The notes beneath the pieces are model-generated. The model worked only from the letters and a program-made list of their open reading frames with translations. It was not told the origin of the DNA and made no database searches. Below are positions 50,201 through 59,702 of a stretch of DNA of 64,000 bases, one piece after another. The DNA is taken from IMG/VR virus record IMGVR_UViG_3300035670_000112, positions 1-64,000 of that record, one strand, 5' to 3'. Position numbers and translations under genes: made by a program. The stretch is from a virus. Positions within the stretch are counted from its first letter, which is position 1. Each line of letters begins with the position of its first letter.

Positions 50201-51972
50201 GACGGATTCTCGAAAACGGTCATCCCTCCGAACTTGACACCTTTCAACGGTATCATGGAGAACATCGCCTTCGCCTTCTGAGAGAATTTCTCCCTGCCTG
50301 AAAGGAACTTGTCCTTTACAGCCCATGATTCCACCTGTTCCTCATCTTCCTCCATTATGCCCACCTCATCGATGGCATCAGAGGTCTTTGAGGCATCAGA
50401 CATGTCATAGGTCATGTTTATACCGTAGTACTTGAGGTATCTTGCCGCCTTTACGGACAGTTTCCTCATTGTAAGGGTACCGTCCGCATTGACAGTCCCT
50501 ATGGAGTTGAGTGTGCGTTCAAGTACCTTTCTGTCACTCTCATTCCTCTTGAGTGCCATGGAGTTCTGAATGACCCTGTGAACATTGGCATACAGTCCAT
50601 TCAATGACAATGCAGGGTTTCTGGTCCTCTTCCCTCTCTTTATGATCTCCTTTATCAGATCCGCATCTGAAAGGCTCTCCATACCGTAAAGACTTCTGTA
50701 CTTGGGAAGTACGGTATTTATGAGGATACCGTTCATCAGACGTTTCGCATACTCCTCCTCCCTTATGTTGAGATACGTGGTACTGTCCACAGACCTGAAT
50801 CTTGTGACATCCCTTTTGAACTTCACTCCTCCGAATCTCTTCACGATGCCCTTATTGTACAGACCTCTGCTCACTCTGTACATGTAATCGTTCATGGACG
50901 CAGCACCTTTGATACCAGTGCGTTCAGCAAGGATGCTTATGATATGCCACAGTCTTCTGAAAAGATCGAGGACATTCTCTGGAAGACCCCTCTCTTCCTT
51001 TGCCTGTGACAGTTGATATTCCATGAAACGGTCTGCCCAGTATTCCTCAATACCTATGGCACCTTTTGCAAATCTCTCACCTGCATCTATTATGGAAGCA
51101 CGTTCCACATCATTCAAGAGTGTATGGAATACAACGTGAAACGCCTCGTGATAGAGTGTACCGGTCTTTGCCTGCTGTGATATGAATACCGCTGAGTTCC
51201 TGAAAAGTCCCCATAGTTCTGGACTTGCCTTACCTGCAATGGATCTCAGATCAGCAAGTACTGTCAATGGTACACCTGGATAATTCTCCTTGAACCACTG
51301 TGTCTCCTTCTGTTCATCCCACAGTTCATAGCTTCCGTCAGTATCAATCACCTCACGTGAACGTTCATCGATGTCCTCATCGAACTCCGATATCGTATCA
51401 TTGAAATCAGGTATGTCATCCGATGGAGTGGTCACATCGATGGTCGGACCAGTTTGTTCAAACGGTATCTCAGGTTCACCCTTTCTCTTCAATATGGCTC
51501 TCCCTACAGGACCTTCTGAGGATACCTCCTTTCCGTTGGATGCACCTTCAGGTGTTATGTTTATGATCCTTCCGTCCTCTGTAAGTGCATACACCTCACC
51601 ATTGAATTCGAATTTCTCATAGCTCACATACTTTGATTTCAGATGTGCCTTGTTGATGAGTCTGATGTCCTTTACAGGGTCGAGTACTCTGCCGTTGTTG
51701 GTGAAGGACACCTCACCGTTCTCCATATTGACAGTGACATTGAACTTCTGTGTACCATCCTTGTCAATGGTCAGTCTCTTCACATTCTTTGAAGGTGCTG
51801 CCAGAGGAACGTTCACTGCAACAGGCTTGATCTGCCTTGCAGGCATGTCCTTTATAAGGGACCTCTTTATCCTTCCTGAGGATGCAAGTGTTTCCAATTC
51901 ACCATCAAGAAGGAGTTTTGCAAACTCCTCAAAACTGTATCTTCTACCTCCGTAACTTATTACACAGCTCAT
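44296..51972 (-). CDS. Virion-packaged RNA polymerase (crAss-like) with N-terminal zincin domain
   Basis: 2558 aa; catalytic loop GLDFDIDKL, YRIPTE, AAVDNGKDP; HEAFH...EE metallopeptidase motif. Confidence 0.9.
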   Translation of the reverse strand: MSCVISYGGRRYSFEEFAKLLLDGELETLASSGRIKRSLIKDMPARQIKPVAVNVPLAAPSKNVKRLTIDKDGTQKFNVTVNMENGEVSFTNNGRVLDPVKDIRLINKAHLKSKYVSYEKFEFNGEVYALTEDGRIINITPEGASNGKEVSSEGPVGRAILKRKGEPEIPFEQTGPTIDVTTPSDDIPDFNDTISEFDEDIDERSREVIDTDGSYELWDEQKETQWFKENYPGVPLTVLADLRSIAGKASPELWGLFRNSAVFISQQAKTGTLYHEAFHVVFHTLLNDVERASIIDAGERFAKGAIGIEEYWADRFMEYQLSQAKEERGLPENVLDLFRRLWHIISILAERTGIKGAASMNDYMYRVSRGLYNKGIVKRFGGVKFKRDVTRFRSVDSTTYLNIREEEYAKRLMNGILINTVLPKYRSLYGMESLSDADLIKEIIKRGKRTRNPALSLNGLYANVHRVIQNSMALKRNESDRKVLERTLNSIGTVNADGTLTMRKLSVKAARYLKYYGINMTYDMSDASKTSDAIDEVGIMEEDEEQVESWAVKDKFLSGREKFSQKAKAMFSMIPLKGVKFGGMTVFENPSNVYNTIASKISGSPNVDTMLSRLDELVKLNPGYKVITTAMTQDPHVITEFWVNVAQRTFTPFFIVSNEKGRSKIFYANHRDMTRDMRKQWLQSFYDSKFYDPSTEKVSGDLSERISEFERLRDDYKRNINRDPLEKEGPISREDAQKVYNLMKLLNLPLTKREINMMFSIPDDQDAIPGGKRRFVESFAPNIIYYMKRIQTGNNPFVSTIDNDKALNSILKVYQEVFPQAYQHSFRSGAGEMIYSLLQSRFMQNLRGNISTVDNATRMATIDSYMEDPFYSTSPFFRMMMDRDVAMSMELGVMDSLKSEKRRKGTEYSELTGQELEAFRINAYFNIADDATSPKSNGIFLMPILSDSTSAALIKIKKMDIDESRQAIIDSALQEWNRIKWLRSRIQPVKQEYNTWLKDQKDSKKSYSEKARIPEQLNDIPVNMLLNGLYFQVFRSLNENIKDLKDDQQVIDAVGAEIPKIIESELKSLYTERILAEENGTIFDNTGLIDSRFMDPESFDRNISSYLHNSLAMNLQTLFTFGGDPAFYKSRDSRVDYTDVFKRIKEIWSPGDYMNAHQSNMFTSRDGNIVRIAPEYSVLYVNDPADISDVVSDGIRNIERIHRDNPDRESIVKAFSELNETDAATIIDPIRAMQLELGFNGLNEEKYEFYTGLVNGDPMRHIGSRHIHQPIKPFQFLHSRTIDPVTGHVRINPVQHKNSETLITPAMAVGSPKLEAMMSKFGYVFKADGTWTYDPSKRITDSIMFTSAVKVGKFKAVDSIEAAVKEDVHRFRNADYRRQQLTPEHHLDTNILEGTQYRKLVVENVDPFHTYMLNGVPTEGAEILRLYNEALYRNVQESYDELKKLFTDADGNPDNTKIVEALRQQAIENEKPDDLLTALDWATAHQGYYVEKDGELVRSENTTVLPLWHPSIAYDVETMMNSFFKNRVTKQKTNKGAGASLYNATSYGFEKGSEKGYRKPEIKWSEDGRSIEYFEAILPVTLSSLERYADKNGIIDISKIEGVDPDILKAVFYRIPTEHKYSMFHIKIIGFLPQGVGGQIILPEEATKIAGLDFDIDKLYGILYNIEEYSSEVEGAEERFQSYISTMQWSSKLKRDIVRKEIPDFDELRSRREFANKEGIAFDEDTGTFRKYSLRKVPSGMETKASRDNLKLDIAFSVLSDARTAKEITTPGGFETLKALVKEVSPKKTEKDSMGTDTLNPLLNSTSREVFERNMTGNGLIGIFANHVSNQALVMQGNVTLKYPLKFNGMEKISLSGKDEGTTFDDLVKLKEFLAAAVDNGKDPVASFLNITMVTADMIATLVRMGFGLEASVLFFNTPQVIRATKGARSVDRLDLSGMDDITDEYIRRRGRAAYDEMVNYLSTKALKFDPTTRTGSIMDLVKMGEKDVSAMTDLELVNSLAVYRLLKRVAEVSTGVVAPMTRAMRYDSIKNAAGPTVAHTLSKLDDVDTILNAEELGIVYGVRELLSMVESNPIRWSAAFRERGLEASLADIYNSTGIPYTDRYGESIYHTVKNAMKASLPLGQRIQPETVNLMHYAISSALASSFGPFRASEFQRVINDTPTAITTFMNENPESPYIPLLKYLNVIPSENVSGMKVIRMNRTGIDATQMQSIKMEFLSMLRDVDPKVSSLANDIAAYSIFATGFVTSPSKLSDILPTMYWAELKDDNGIYFTQYMENQFNRNMFDDERSVNISKEISSQIIRNMYRSLPFIKYFDTSNADSIFMVSEGVTYVKVPLNKVNNTEKQPLEFIRTVLKTKGQMRSALMVFHSIERDDAIYREVPLLGSNNEFLEFNYDNAMSDTMTYTQIVSTRKPSATPTRIKDRAVKPVDAAEAVLTISDILPGFDIDSIAPLEGAMISHPLFKSIQGLSPEQLQQLRERIGSGKNVKSMFEKIMELKESKVPVTTKKVSADVTLTSVSNEDIDMMIMEENNITQEEFNALPDETKEMMRNQKRTCQ

Positions 51973-52469
51973 GCGAACAACTTTTTCTCAAGCAATAGTA
52001 GATTCGTCTTTGTAGGTTCCACCCCCTCCAACATATTCAACATGTCCGAGTATTCTGCAACCGACTCTCTCTGAATGGTTCTGAAATGCTGTAAGAAATC
52101 GAATGTGCACAGATCTGGGAACTCGAATATCTTCATACTGATATCCTCATACTTCTCATACAGATCGTATTCAAGGTCATATGATTTCTCTATCACATCG
52201 ATGAGAGAGGAGAACATCGGAGGAGCAGGGATGATACTGAGATCAGGAAGTACGTTCCAATCGACCACATAGTCCTGTAACTTCTTTGCATGTTCGGTCT
52301 CTGCCACTGCCTCATTCTCGAAGAACTCAGCAGCCTTGAAGAATGCCTTATCTCTGCACCAGTTGGCTGCTGCTCTGTAAAAATAGAATGCAGTATATTC
52401 ATCCTTTATACGTGGTACGATCAGTTCTACCACTGCTTTCGGTAATTGTATCGGTTTTTTCATGGACAT
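51969..52469 (-). CDS. Ferritin-like protein
   Basis: DEYTAFYFY...AAEFFENEAVAETEHAKKL...E...TFDFLQHFRTIQRE: ferroxidase-centre residues. Confidence 0.85.
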   Translation of the reverse strand: MSMKKPIQLPKAVVELIVPRIKDEYTAFYFYRAAANWCRDKAFFKAAEFFENEAVAETEHAKKLQDYVVDWNVLPDLSIIPAPPMFSSLIDVIEKSYDLEYDLYEKYEDISMKIFEFPDLCTFDFLQHFRTIQRESVAEYSDMLNMLEGVEPTKTNLLLLEKKLFA

Positions 52470-55400
52470 GTTCCTTCAAGGGTCACATCAAGTGCCTTGT
52501 ATATCTTTTTCGTGTTATTGATGATGAATGCTATGGAAGGGTCTGTACCCATTATCTCAGCTATCCTGTTGTTCAATTCCTGTTTCCTTGTTCTGTCCGA
52601 TGTCTTCTTCATCTGTGCGTAAAGATCAGATATCTCTTTGAAAGATGCAAGTAACGGATCTTCAGTTGTAATTAGATCTGTAGCAACTTCTGCTTTAGCA
52701 TCTGTAGTAACAGACGGTTGAGACCTCTGTCTCTCAAACTCAGCGGATTCATCATATTCTATATAAGGGACCGAGTCTATCTTCATTATGACAGACGTGT
52801 TAAGAAAAGGAGTGGATGGATCCATATTGACAGTGAACCATCCTTTGGTGGACAATGTCCTGTTGTATCCCTGTCTGTTGATCTTGTTCACATCGGATCT
52901 CATAACCTTATCAGCTGCCCTGTTCTTCGCAGTTTCCCTTGTAAGTGGGGGAGATATCACTTCAACCCCTCCCTCCTTTGAGTCCTTCACTTCAACCATG
53001 GTATTCGAATTGAGGTCGAGTCTCAATTTGAAATGCACGTATGACATCAGCAATGTATTGGCCCTTCTCATCTCCTCAAAGAACTCTGATACATCGGATC
53101 TGTCGGTCTTCTCGAACAGATCGAATATCCTGTCTATCTCCCTGTTCACCTTCATCATCTCATCAGGATGTGATGACAGTGTGGAGTTTCCCATTCTTAT
53201 AGGCACATAGACACCATTAGTGGAACGTATGAACATTATTGTTGCACCAAGATGGTTCAGAAGATGAGAGGCGGCCTGTCTGTCATAGGTGAAGTTCTCA
53301 TCGATGTTCTCTGCACCGTCAGTAAGTATCTTGACCTGTCCGTCAATGTCCTTGTCTACAACTCCCATTATAAAGTCTTTGCTCACAAGATGTGGAGGTA
53401 CGCTGGGATGACTGAACGATGAATTGTATTTCGGTGCAGTCCTGTTGGATATCCTTACGGTATCTATGGATGATACGAATACTCCTTCCTTCATACCTGA
53501 GTTCCTCATCTCATTGTAGATGGATTCCCTCAATCTTCTTACGCTGTCATTGACAGATGCCTTTGAAGTGTCCTTCAACCTTCCCAATTTGACCTCTCGC
53601 TTTACCCCATCGACCTCTATCTCAGTACTTACTATGATCTGAAGGTTGTTCTTTCCTGTGGTCTCCCTGCGATTCCAGTCCTCATTGGTTATCACTGAGA
53701 ATCTCAATGGTGCTCCCACCATATTGATGTTCGGATCATTGAGTATACGGATCTCCTCTTCGGACTGAAGAGGGAATTTCACTCCGTCCATGCTGACAGT
53801 ATTATAGTCATTGGGTACAGGCAGTCCGTCCTTTGTGAACAACACCCTGTTATTGCCTTTTATCGGAGAGGCGAACCTTTCCTTGAACTCCTGTAAAGTG
53901 AGTGAACGTACTCCGCTCAGACCCTTTATGGTGACAGTATCATCAGGCTGAATCGTATACATGGCATACTGATTGCTCTGAACTATGGTATTCACCTCAT
54001 CATGTTCCAATGGAGAGGTTGTCTGTGATTCCTGTGCATCCACACTGCTCTCACTCTCAATGGGGTCCTGTGTCTGAAACTGTCCATTCCTAAGATCCGT
54101 CTCCTGTGTCTCTGACAGTTTTGTCTTGTCCTTCATAAGACCTATGAAGGCATCCCTTACTTCACGATTATTAGTGTACAGATTGTAGAACTCCTCTACA
54201 TCCTTTACAGCATCGACCTTCTTACGGGCATTGTCCTTTCCAGTCAATGCCTTCTTGAGTTCCTGAAGCTCTGAATAGAACAGTACGGTGTTCGAGTATC
54301 TGCGTTTCATGGTATTCTCAAGATCGGCAGCACCGTATACTGGTACAGGCAATGTCTTCTCTCCCTGCTCCCTTATCGAACGCAGCTTCTCCTTCAATGG
54401 GGAATCCTTATCACCCCATGTGGGAAGTCTGTCCATGGACATCATATTCTTCAGGGCACTCAGTGACATGTCTGGAGTGATCGCGTTGAGATATTCCTCA
54501 ACCTCCCTGTTCTTTGCAGTCTCCTCTATCTCCTTCATGCCCTCCTCAGAGTATACTGCTGACAGATTCCTCTGATTCTCCTTCTGCTTCACCTCATTGT
54601 GTGTAGCAGCCTCTACGGCCATCGCTATGTTCGGATCGTGAGACGTTATAGGGTCTATGATGTCCCTGTTCTGTGCCTTTGCATTCTGCTCCATCTCTCC
54701 GATACGCTTGGATATTTCCGAGATGTCACTGTCAATACTGTCAAGTACCTTCTTCTTTCCAGTCTTCTCTGTGACCTGAGCATCATACATCGCTCTGTAA
54801 CGTTGCAGTGATGCCAGTTTGAGCTTTGCCTTCTTGTATTCCAACTGCTCTGGTGTAAGTATGGAAAGAGCATTCTGATCTATGGCAGATGTCTTTTCCG
54901 CAATGTCCTTTGCAGCCTGTGCATTCAATCTCTGTTGATAGAGTGATGCAAGTTCCCTATGTTTGACGGCAGATGATTTTGAGGAATCGTTCATTATACG
55001 GGAATACTCCTCCCCTATGAAATCGATGTCTGAAAGTATCTCCCTGTCACGTTTTCTCTTGTCTGCGATATCACCTTCGGACATTCCAGCGGCAGCAAGC
55101 TGTTCATCCGTCATATTGGAATGTGACTCGTAGAAGTCCCTAAGGTCCATCAACCTTCCTTCCCTTGCATACATGAGCGATTGATCCAACAGCAATGCAC
55201 CGTCTATGGTATGTGCAGTGGTCATATCGAACTTGTCAAGACTTGCCCGTTTTGCAAGGTCAGCGGATCTCATATCATCCTGTCCCCTCAATCTGCTGTA
55301 AAGGGAAGGCAGATTACCTACAGCCTGGAATACACCTCCACCGACAGCTCCGAGGAATGTTGCAGCATGCATCTCAGGATCACGGATGTAATCCTCCATT

Positions 55401-56506
55401 CGGTCACCGAACTCTGAAAGTTCCATGAAGTCCTTGCCTGAACGTGCTGCCTGCTGTGATTCCTTGGATATAACATATTGCAGACTCTCCTCAAGTCCTT
55501 CACTGGCGATACCTTTGACATAATCCATCCCTATCTTTGCAAGGGATTCCCTGTTCGCTCTGGATGCAGCGGATGCTATGTTCGGACCCTTTGAGAGTAT
55601 GCTGTATTGGAATATGTCCTGAGCAAGGTTGATCCAGTTGGCCTTCCATGTGTCAGCAGCAGCCTTTCCAGCACGTTGTTTCGCCTCCTCATCATTGATC
55701 CCCCTTGAGAGAAGATCCTGATAGGTGGAGTCATAGGTCTCCCTTGCCTCCATGGTACTCTCAATATGTCTTGATATGACACCTGAGGACACTACGGACA
55801 TTGCCTGTGCAGCCTTTTCACCGTAAACGATCCTGTTGGCAGCCTGCAATGCAAGTGATGATCTTCTCGTGGCATTCGCAACCTTTGTCGTCTGAAGAAG
55901 TCCCCTTGCGGCACCTCCTGCCATCGATAGTCCCTTGCCTATTGCACCTACAGGTATCATTATGGAGAGAGTACTTGCAATGGATTCAGCATTGCTTGCC
56001 CACCATGTACCGTCACCTGGTGAGAATCCCTGCTGTCCCTCCTCCGTACGGTATATCGGTGTAGCCTCCGCTATGGATTCCTTACCTTTCTCCATGAGGT
56101 CTGCGAACCAGTTACCGTAATCCTTCTCTCCCTGATCTACAAGGATACCAGCATTCTCAAGGTCTGCAAAGTATGACAGTCCCTGAGCACCTCCTAAAAT
56201 GACCTCCCCTGCACCTCTTGCAATGGTGTTCTTGAAAAGATCGAATGCAGATTGACTCTTCTCAAGCTGTGCCTCTATAGGCTTTGATGCATATATCGGT
56301 CGGTTGAGCTCAGCAGGATCGATGTCGAACCCTGTCTCCACAGGTGTTCCTATCAACGATGTGTCAGGTGAAGGTGCAGTAGGTCTTGCAACCCTTCTTA
56401 TGCGTGTATCTGGCTGTACATCAGCCTCAGGAAGATTGTTCCTATCAAGCTGTACCTGAGTATCCAGTCGTGGAGTACCAGGTCTTGTGATCCTCATTCC
56501 TCTCAT
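52460..56506 (-). CDS. Large virion ejection/cargo protein
   Basis: 1348 aa with Gly/Ala-rich hydrophobic stretches (EGLEESLQ...GAVGGGVF); sits in the vRNAP cluster. Confidence 0.65.
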   Translation of the reverse strand: MRGMRITRPGTPRLDTQVQLDRNNLPEADVQPDTRIRRVARPTAPSPDTSLIGTPVETGFDIDPAELNRPIYASKPIEAQLEKSQSAFDLFKNTIARGAGEVILGGAQGLSYFADLENAGILVDQGEKDYGNWFADLMEKGKESIAEATPIYRTEEGQQGFSPGDGTWWASNAESIASTLSIMIPVGAIGKGLSMAGGAARGLLQTTKVANATRRSSLALQAANRIVYGEKAAQAMSVVSSGVISRHIESTMEARETYDSTYQDLLSRGINDEEAKQRAGKAAADTWKANWINLAQDIFQYSILSKGPNIASAASRANRESLAKIGMDYVKGIASEGLEESLQYVISKESQQAARSGKDFMELSEFGDRMEDYIRDPEMHAATFLGAVGGGVFQAVGNLPSLYSRLRGQDDMRSADLAKRASLDKFDMTTAHTIDGALLLDQSLMYAREGRLMDLRDFYESHSNMTDEQLAAAGMSEGDIADKRKRDREILSDIDFIGEEYSRIMNDSSKSSAVKHRELASLYQQRLNAQAAKDIAEKTSAIDQNALSILTPEQLEYKKAKLKLASLQRYRAMYDAQVTEKTGKKKVLDSIDSDISEISKRIGEMEQNAKAQNRDIIDPITSHDPNIAMAVEAATHNEVKQKENQRNLSAVYSEEGMKEIEETAKNREVEEYLNAITPDMSLSALKNMMSMDRLPTWGDKDSPLKEKLRSIREQGEKTLPVPVYGAADLENTMKRRYSNTVLFYSELQELKKALTGKDNARKKVDAVKDVEEFYNLYTNNREVRDAFIGLMKDKTKLSETQETDLRNGQFQTQDPIESESSVDAQESQTTSPLEHDEVNTIVQSNQYAMYTIQPDDTVTIKGLSGVRSLTLQEFKERFASPIKGNNRVLFTKDGLPVPNDYNTVSMDGVKFPLQSEEEIRILNDPNINMVGAPLRFSVITNEDWNRRETTGKNNLQIIVSTEIEVDGVKREVKLGRLKDTSKASVNDSVRRLRESIYNEMRNSGMKEGVFVSSIDTVRISNRTAPKYNSSFSHPSVPPHLVSKDFIMGVVDKDIDGQVKILTDGAENIDENFTYDRQAASHLLNHLGATIMFIRSTNGVYVPIRMGNSTLSSHPDEMMKVNREIDRIFDLFEKTDRSDVSEFFEEMRRANTLLMSYVHFKLRLDLNSNTMVEVKDSKEGGVEVISPPLTRETAKNRAADKVMRSDVNKINRQGYNRTLSTKGWFTVNMDPSTPFLNTSVIMKIDSVPYIEYDESAEFERQRSQPSVTTDAKAEVATDLITTEDPLLASFKEISDLYAQMKKTSDRTRKQELNNRIAEIMGTDPSIAFIINNTKKIYKALDVTLEGTCP

Positions 56507-59500
56507 TTATTGAGATTTGCATTCATGTAACTAGGGTCACCTCCAGAGGTTGCCTTCATTACAGCTATGGCGTACATCCAATCCTTGAGACCGCTTGCAT
56601 TGTAGTCGGATCTTGGTGCCTGCAATCCCTTGGACAGTCTATAACCCTTCATTGTGGCATCATTGAACATGTTGAATGTATTCTCCACCACTGACAGATC
56701 AAGGTCGAGTGTATCTGCAATACTTCTCATGACATCCCTGTTCTTCTGTGAAAGCAGTGAAGGACTGTAATTGGCCGCTATGGCCTTCAGTTTGCTCACA
56801 TTGCTCTTCAGTTCAGGATCATCCGATCTTACAACTCCCCAGTTGTTCCACGATTCCTTGGTATTTGCAACCACACGTGCTGCAAGCTGCATGTTCTCCT
56901 CAGGTGACATCGCTGAAGGATGTTTAGGTGACTCTCCAGAGGAGATGAAACCTACTGCCTGCTGTATGTTCCCACCGTTGTTCTGATAGAACTTCCTGTC
57001 ATTGAGTCCGAACAGTCCGTTGTCAAAACTCTCTATGTCCTTCTTTGAACCTATCTGCCCTGAGGATATCATGGCATTCACAGTATTGTCGTATGCAGGA
57101 GGAATGAACAGTTCGTTACTCTGTTCTGTCAACCTTGTCTGTGAGTGGAAATACTCAAGGTCTGGAAGAGCGTTCGCAATGATCTCCTTTGCAGTTGACA
57201 TCGGAATGTTCTTGAACTGCATCTGTTGATCGGAAGGAAGTTCACTGATATTCTTGACCTCCCCGTACTCCACACCGTCACTGTCAGCCTTCCATACTAC
57301 CACAGGTCCTGACAATGAGATGGTACCATTCGGATTCTTATGGGCTTCAAATGAGCCTCCGAGATCTGTGGCCTTCTCCTTATCAAGGAACTGCACATAT
57401 TCTGCTGCATCGAGTGTCACCAGTTTATCAGCAATGCCGTCCATGAATGACAGTCTTGCCCTCTCATCGGCAGAGAACATCCTGTTCTGTGAAACAAGGT
57501 CCGTCACATCTATGTTGAAGGGTTTGAGGGTACTGTAGGTTGCCCCATTCTCCGTCATCTCATAGTTACCTCTCACATATGCCTTGTATCCCTCACCGCT
57601 GAAATCGAACCAGAGTGTCTTAGGATTGAATGTACTTCCAGCCATGAACTGCTTCTTCATATCATCAGTCATCGATGATGGTAGATTGTTCTCAATGGAT
57701 TCCTCAAGATTCTCAACACTTCTACCATCGATGGAAACGAATGCAGACTCGGAATCCCTTGAACGGTCCACTGATATGTCTGCAAGTTCCTGATGCAATG
57801 GGTTTGCAGTTATGTCCGTCTTCTCAGTACCTTTCAGTTTAAGATTGATGCCCCTTGATGCGAATGTCCTTGAACCGTATGCATTCTTCAGATCCTGATC
57901 GAGTTGATCGAACAGTCTGCCTCTGGACGTATCCTTTATTCTTGCCTTGTTCTCCTTTTTCATATACTGATCAGCATAGTGATCTGCAGACATGGGCAGA
58001 TTCTTTGACAATAACAGTTCCTGAGGGTTAAACACTCCGCTCATTGAAGGGTCTGAGTTCAAAGTGACCTTCTTGAGTTCTTCCTGTACCTTGGCTATAT
58101 TGTTGCTCAGTTTCATATTGTCCACACTTCCATCCTCATTCAATACTGAGGCGATATTGGGAAGATACTGTTTCATCCACTTGTCTCGGGTCTCCGCAGA
58201 TGATAACAGTATGGAAGGAGGGGATACCTGACCTACCTTGAATCCTGTGGTGGACAACATGTTTGAGATGATATACCCATAGGATTCCGCCATGTTGGCC
58301 TGTCCAGCCTGTTCCTCAGGGGTCATCACTGGAAGCCCGTCATCCCCTATCTCAACATTCTTAGGCAGAGTGTTCAGTGATTTTGCATAGATGGCTCTGA
58401 AGTTGTCAAGTGCATCCATCTTTGCATCAACCTCTCTGGAAGCAAGTGCCTCAAGTTCGGTAGGTGAATATACAGGTTCCACCACACGGACACCGTTCAC
58501 TATCTTATACTTTCCAGTATTGGCACTCGGTTGCAACTTCTTCTTTGCAGCCTCCATGAGTTCCTGACGTACTGTCGCTCTTGACTGTGCATCCCAATCG
58601 GACTTCAATACTCCACGCTGTGATGCCCATGATACGAATGCATCATTACTGGTATTCCCTGTAATGAAGTCTGCAAATCCCCCTTCACCGCTGATACCCT
58701 TCTCGGCTATCTTGGATGACAGTTCATTGTCCTTGATGTCTATCTCCGTAGTGGAATAATGTCCCTGTTGATCACCGAATATACTGTATCTTGAAGGTTG
58801 TGCTGGAGGAGCTACGGACTGCTGTCCCCCCGACAGTGCCGCTGAATCCACATTTCCTTGAAAGTACGTGTATCTCTGAGCATCCGTATAGAAGTCATTG
58901 ATAAGGTCTGGAAGGAAATAGTTCCCTCCGTTCTCAGCCTTCTTGAACTCTATGTGCTTTGCAAGTGTGGGATCCGTCTGTCTATATTGATCGAGATTAT
59001 ACCCGTCCGAACTCAGCTGCTGCAATGAGGGTAACAGTTTCTCTGAGATGAGATCCATTGTGACCGCCTTACCCTTATAGGTGTAGTACGAACCTTTACC
59101 GTCAGGCCTCGTTTCCAACTCTCTGCTATTGTTTATCTCTGCCTCAAGGGGTTCATGTAACCATTTGAATGATTCATGCTGTCCAGGTGTGGACAGTAGA
59201 TTGTAATCCTCAGGATTCACCGCTATTCCCGCAGATATCTGTTCAGGGGTCAGTCCGAGAACGAACTCCCTTGAATTGGGATCGTATTTCTGATAGAGAG
59301 TACTTGTACCGTAATCTGGTTCAGCCATATTCTTGAGAATGAGTTCAGACAGTGCCCTGTCACTCTCAACGAATCTCACCCTCGGGTCGGATGCCCATTC
59401 AGACTGCAGTTTTGAGATGCTGTACATCGCATTGCGCGTGTCACCCTCTCTGACCTTCATGGCTATCTCATCAAGCTGCTGTTTCCTTTCCTTGTTTATC

Positions 59501-59700
59501 TGTGCAGCGGTCTCCCTGCTCTCCCTTGAGAGTCCTGGTGATACTGTAAGTCCTGCCTCTGCCTTTCCGAGAAGTGCCTGCATCTGATCAGTACGCTGTT
59601 GCTTGTACTGTGCAAGTTGGAACATCTTCTCGAACGGATAGGGGTCATACACCTGAGCAAACTCTGCTGGAGTGTACTGTACGAATCTTCCTACTGGCAT
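56503..59700 (-). CDS. Virion cargo protein with possible C-terminal lysozyme/SLT-like domain
   Basis: 1065 aa; N-terminal YDPYPFEKM; C-terminal ES..DNGLFGLND...ENMQLAARV...WNNW. Confidence 0.6.
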   Translation of the reverse strand: MPVGRFVQYTPAEFAQVYDPYPFEKMFQLAQYKQQRTDQMQALLGKAEAGLTVSPGLSRESRETAAQINKERKQQLDEIAMKVREGDTRNAMYSISKLQSEWASDPRVRFVESDRALSELILKNMAEPDYGTSTLYQKYDPNSREFVLGLTPEQISAGIAVNPEDYNLLSTPGQHESFKWLHEPLEAEINNSRELETRPDGKGSYYTYKGKAVTMDLISEKLLPSLQQLSSDGYNLDQYRQTDPTLAKHIEFKKAENGGNYFLPDLINDFYTDAQRYTYFQGNVDSAALSGGQQSVAPPAQPSRYSIFGDQQGHYSTTEIDIKDNELSSKIAEKGISGEGGFADFITGNTSNDAFVSWASQRGVLKSDWDAQSRATVRQELMEAAKKKLQPSANTGKYKIVNGVRVVEPVYSPTELEALASREVDAKMDALDNFRAIYAKSLNTLPKNVEIGDDGLPVMTPEEQAGQANMAESYGYIISNMLSTTGFKVGQVSPPSILLSSAETRDKWMKQYLPNIASVLNEDGSVDNMKLSNNIAKVQEELKKVTLNSDPSMSGVFNPQELLLSKNLPMSADHYADQYMKKENKARIKDTSRGRLFDQLDQDLKNAYGSRTFASRGINLKLKGTEKTDITANPLHQELADISVDRSRDSESAFVSIDGRSVENLEESIENNLPSSMTDDMKKQFMAGSTFNPKTLWFDFSGEGYKAYVRGNYEMTENGATYSTLKPFNIDVTDLVSQNRMFSADERARLSFMDGIADKLVTLDAAEYVQFLDKEKATDLGGSFEAHKNPNGTISLSGPVVVWKADSDGVEYGEVKNISELPSDQQMQFKNIPMSTAKEIIANALPDLEYFHSQTRLTEQSNELFIPPAYDNTVNAMISSGQIGSKKDIESFDNGLFGLNDRKFYQNNGGNIQQAVGFISSGESPKHPSAMSPEENMQLAARVVANTKESWNNWGVVRSDDPELKSNVSKLKAIAANYSPSLLSQKNRDVMRSIADTLDLDLSVVENTFNMFNDATMKGYRLSKGLQAPRSDYNASGLKDWMYAIAVMKATSGGDPSYMNANLNK

Positions 59701-59702
59701 CT

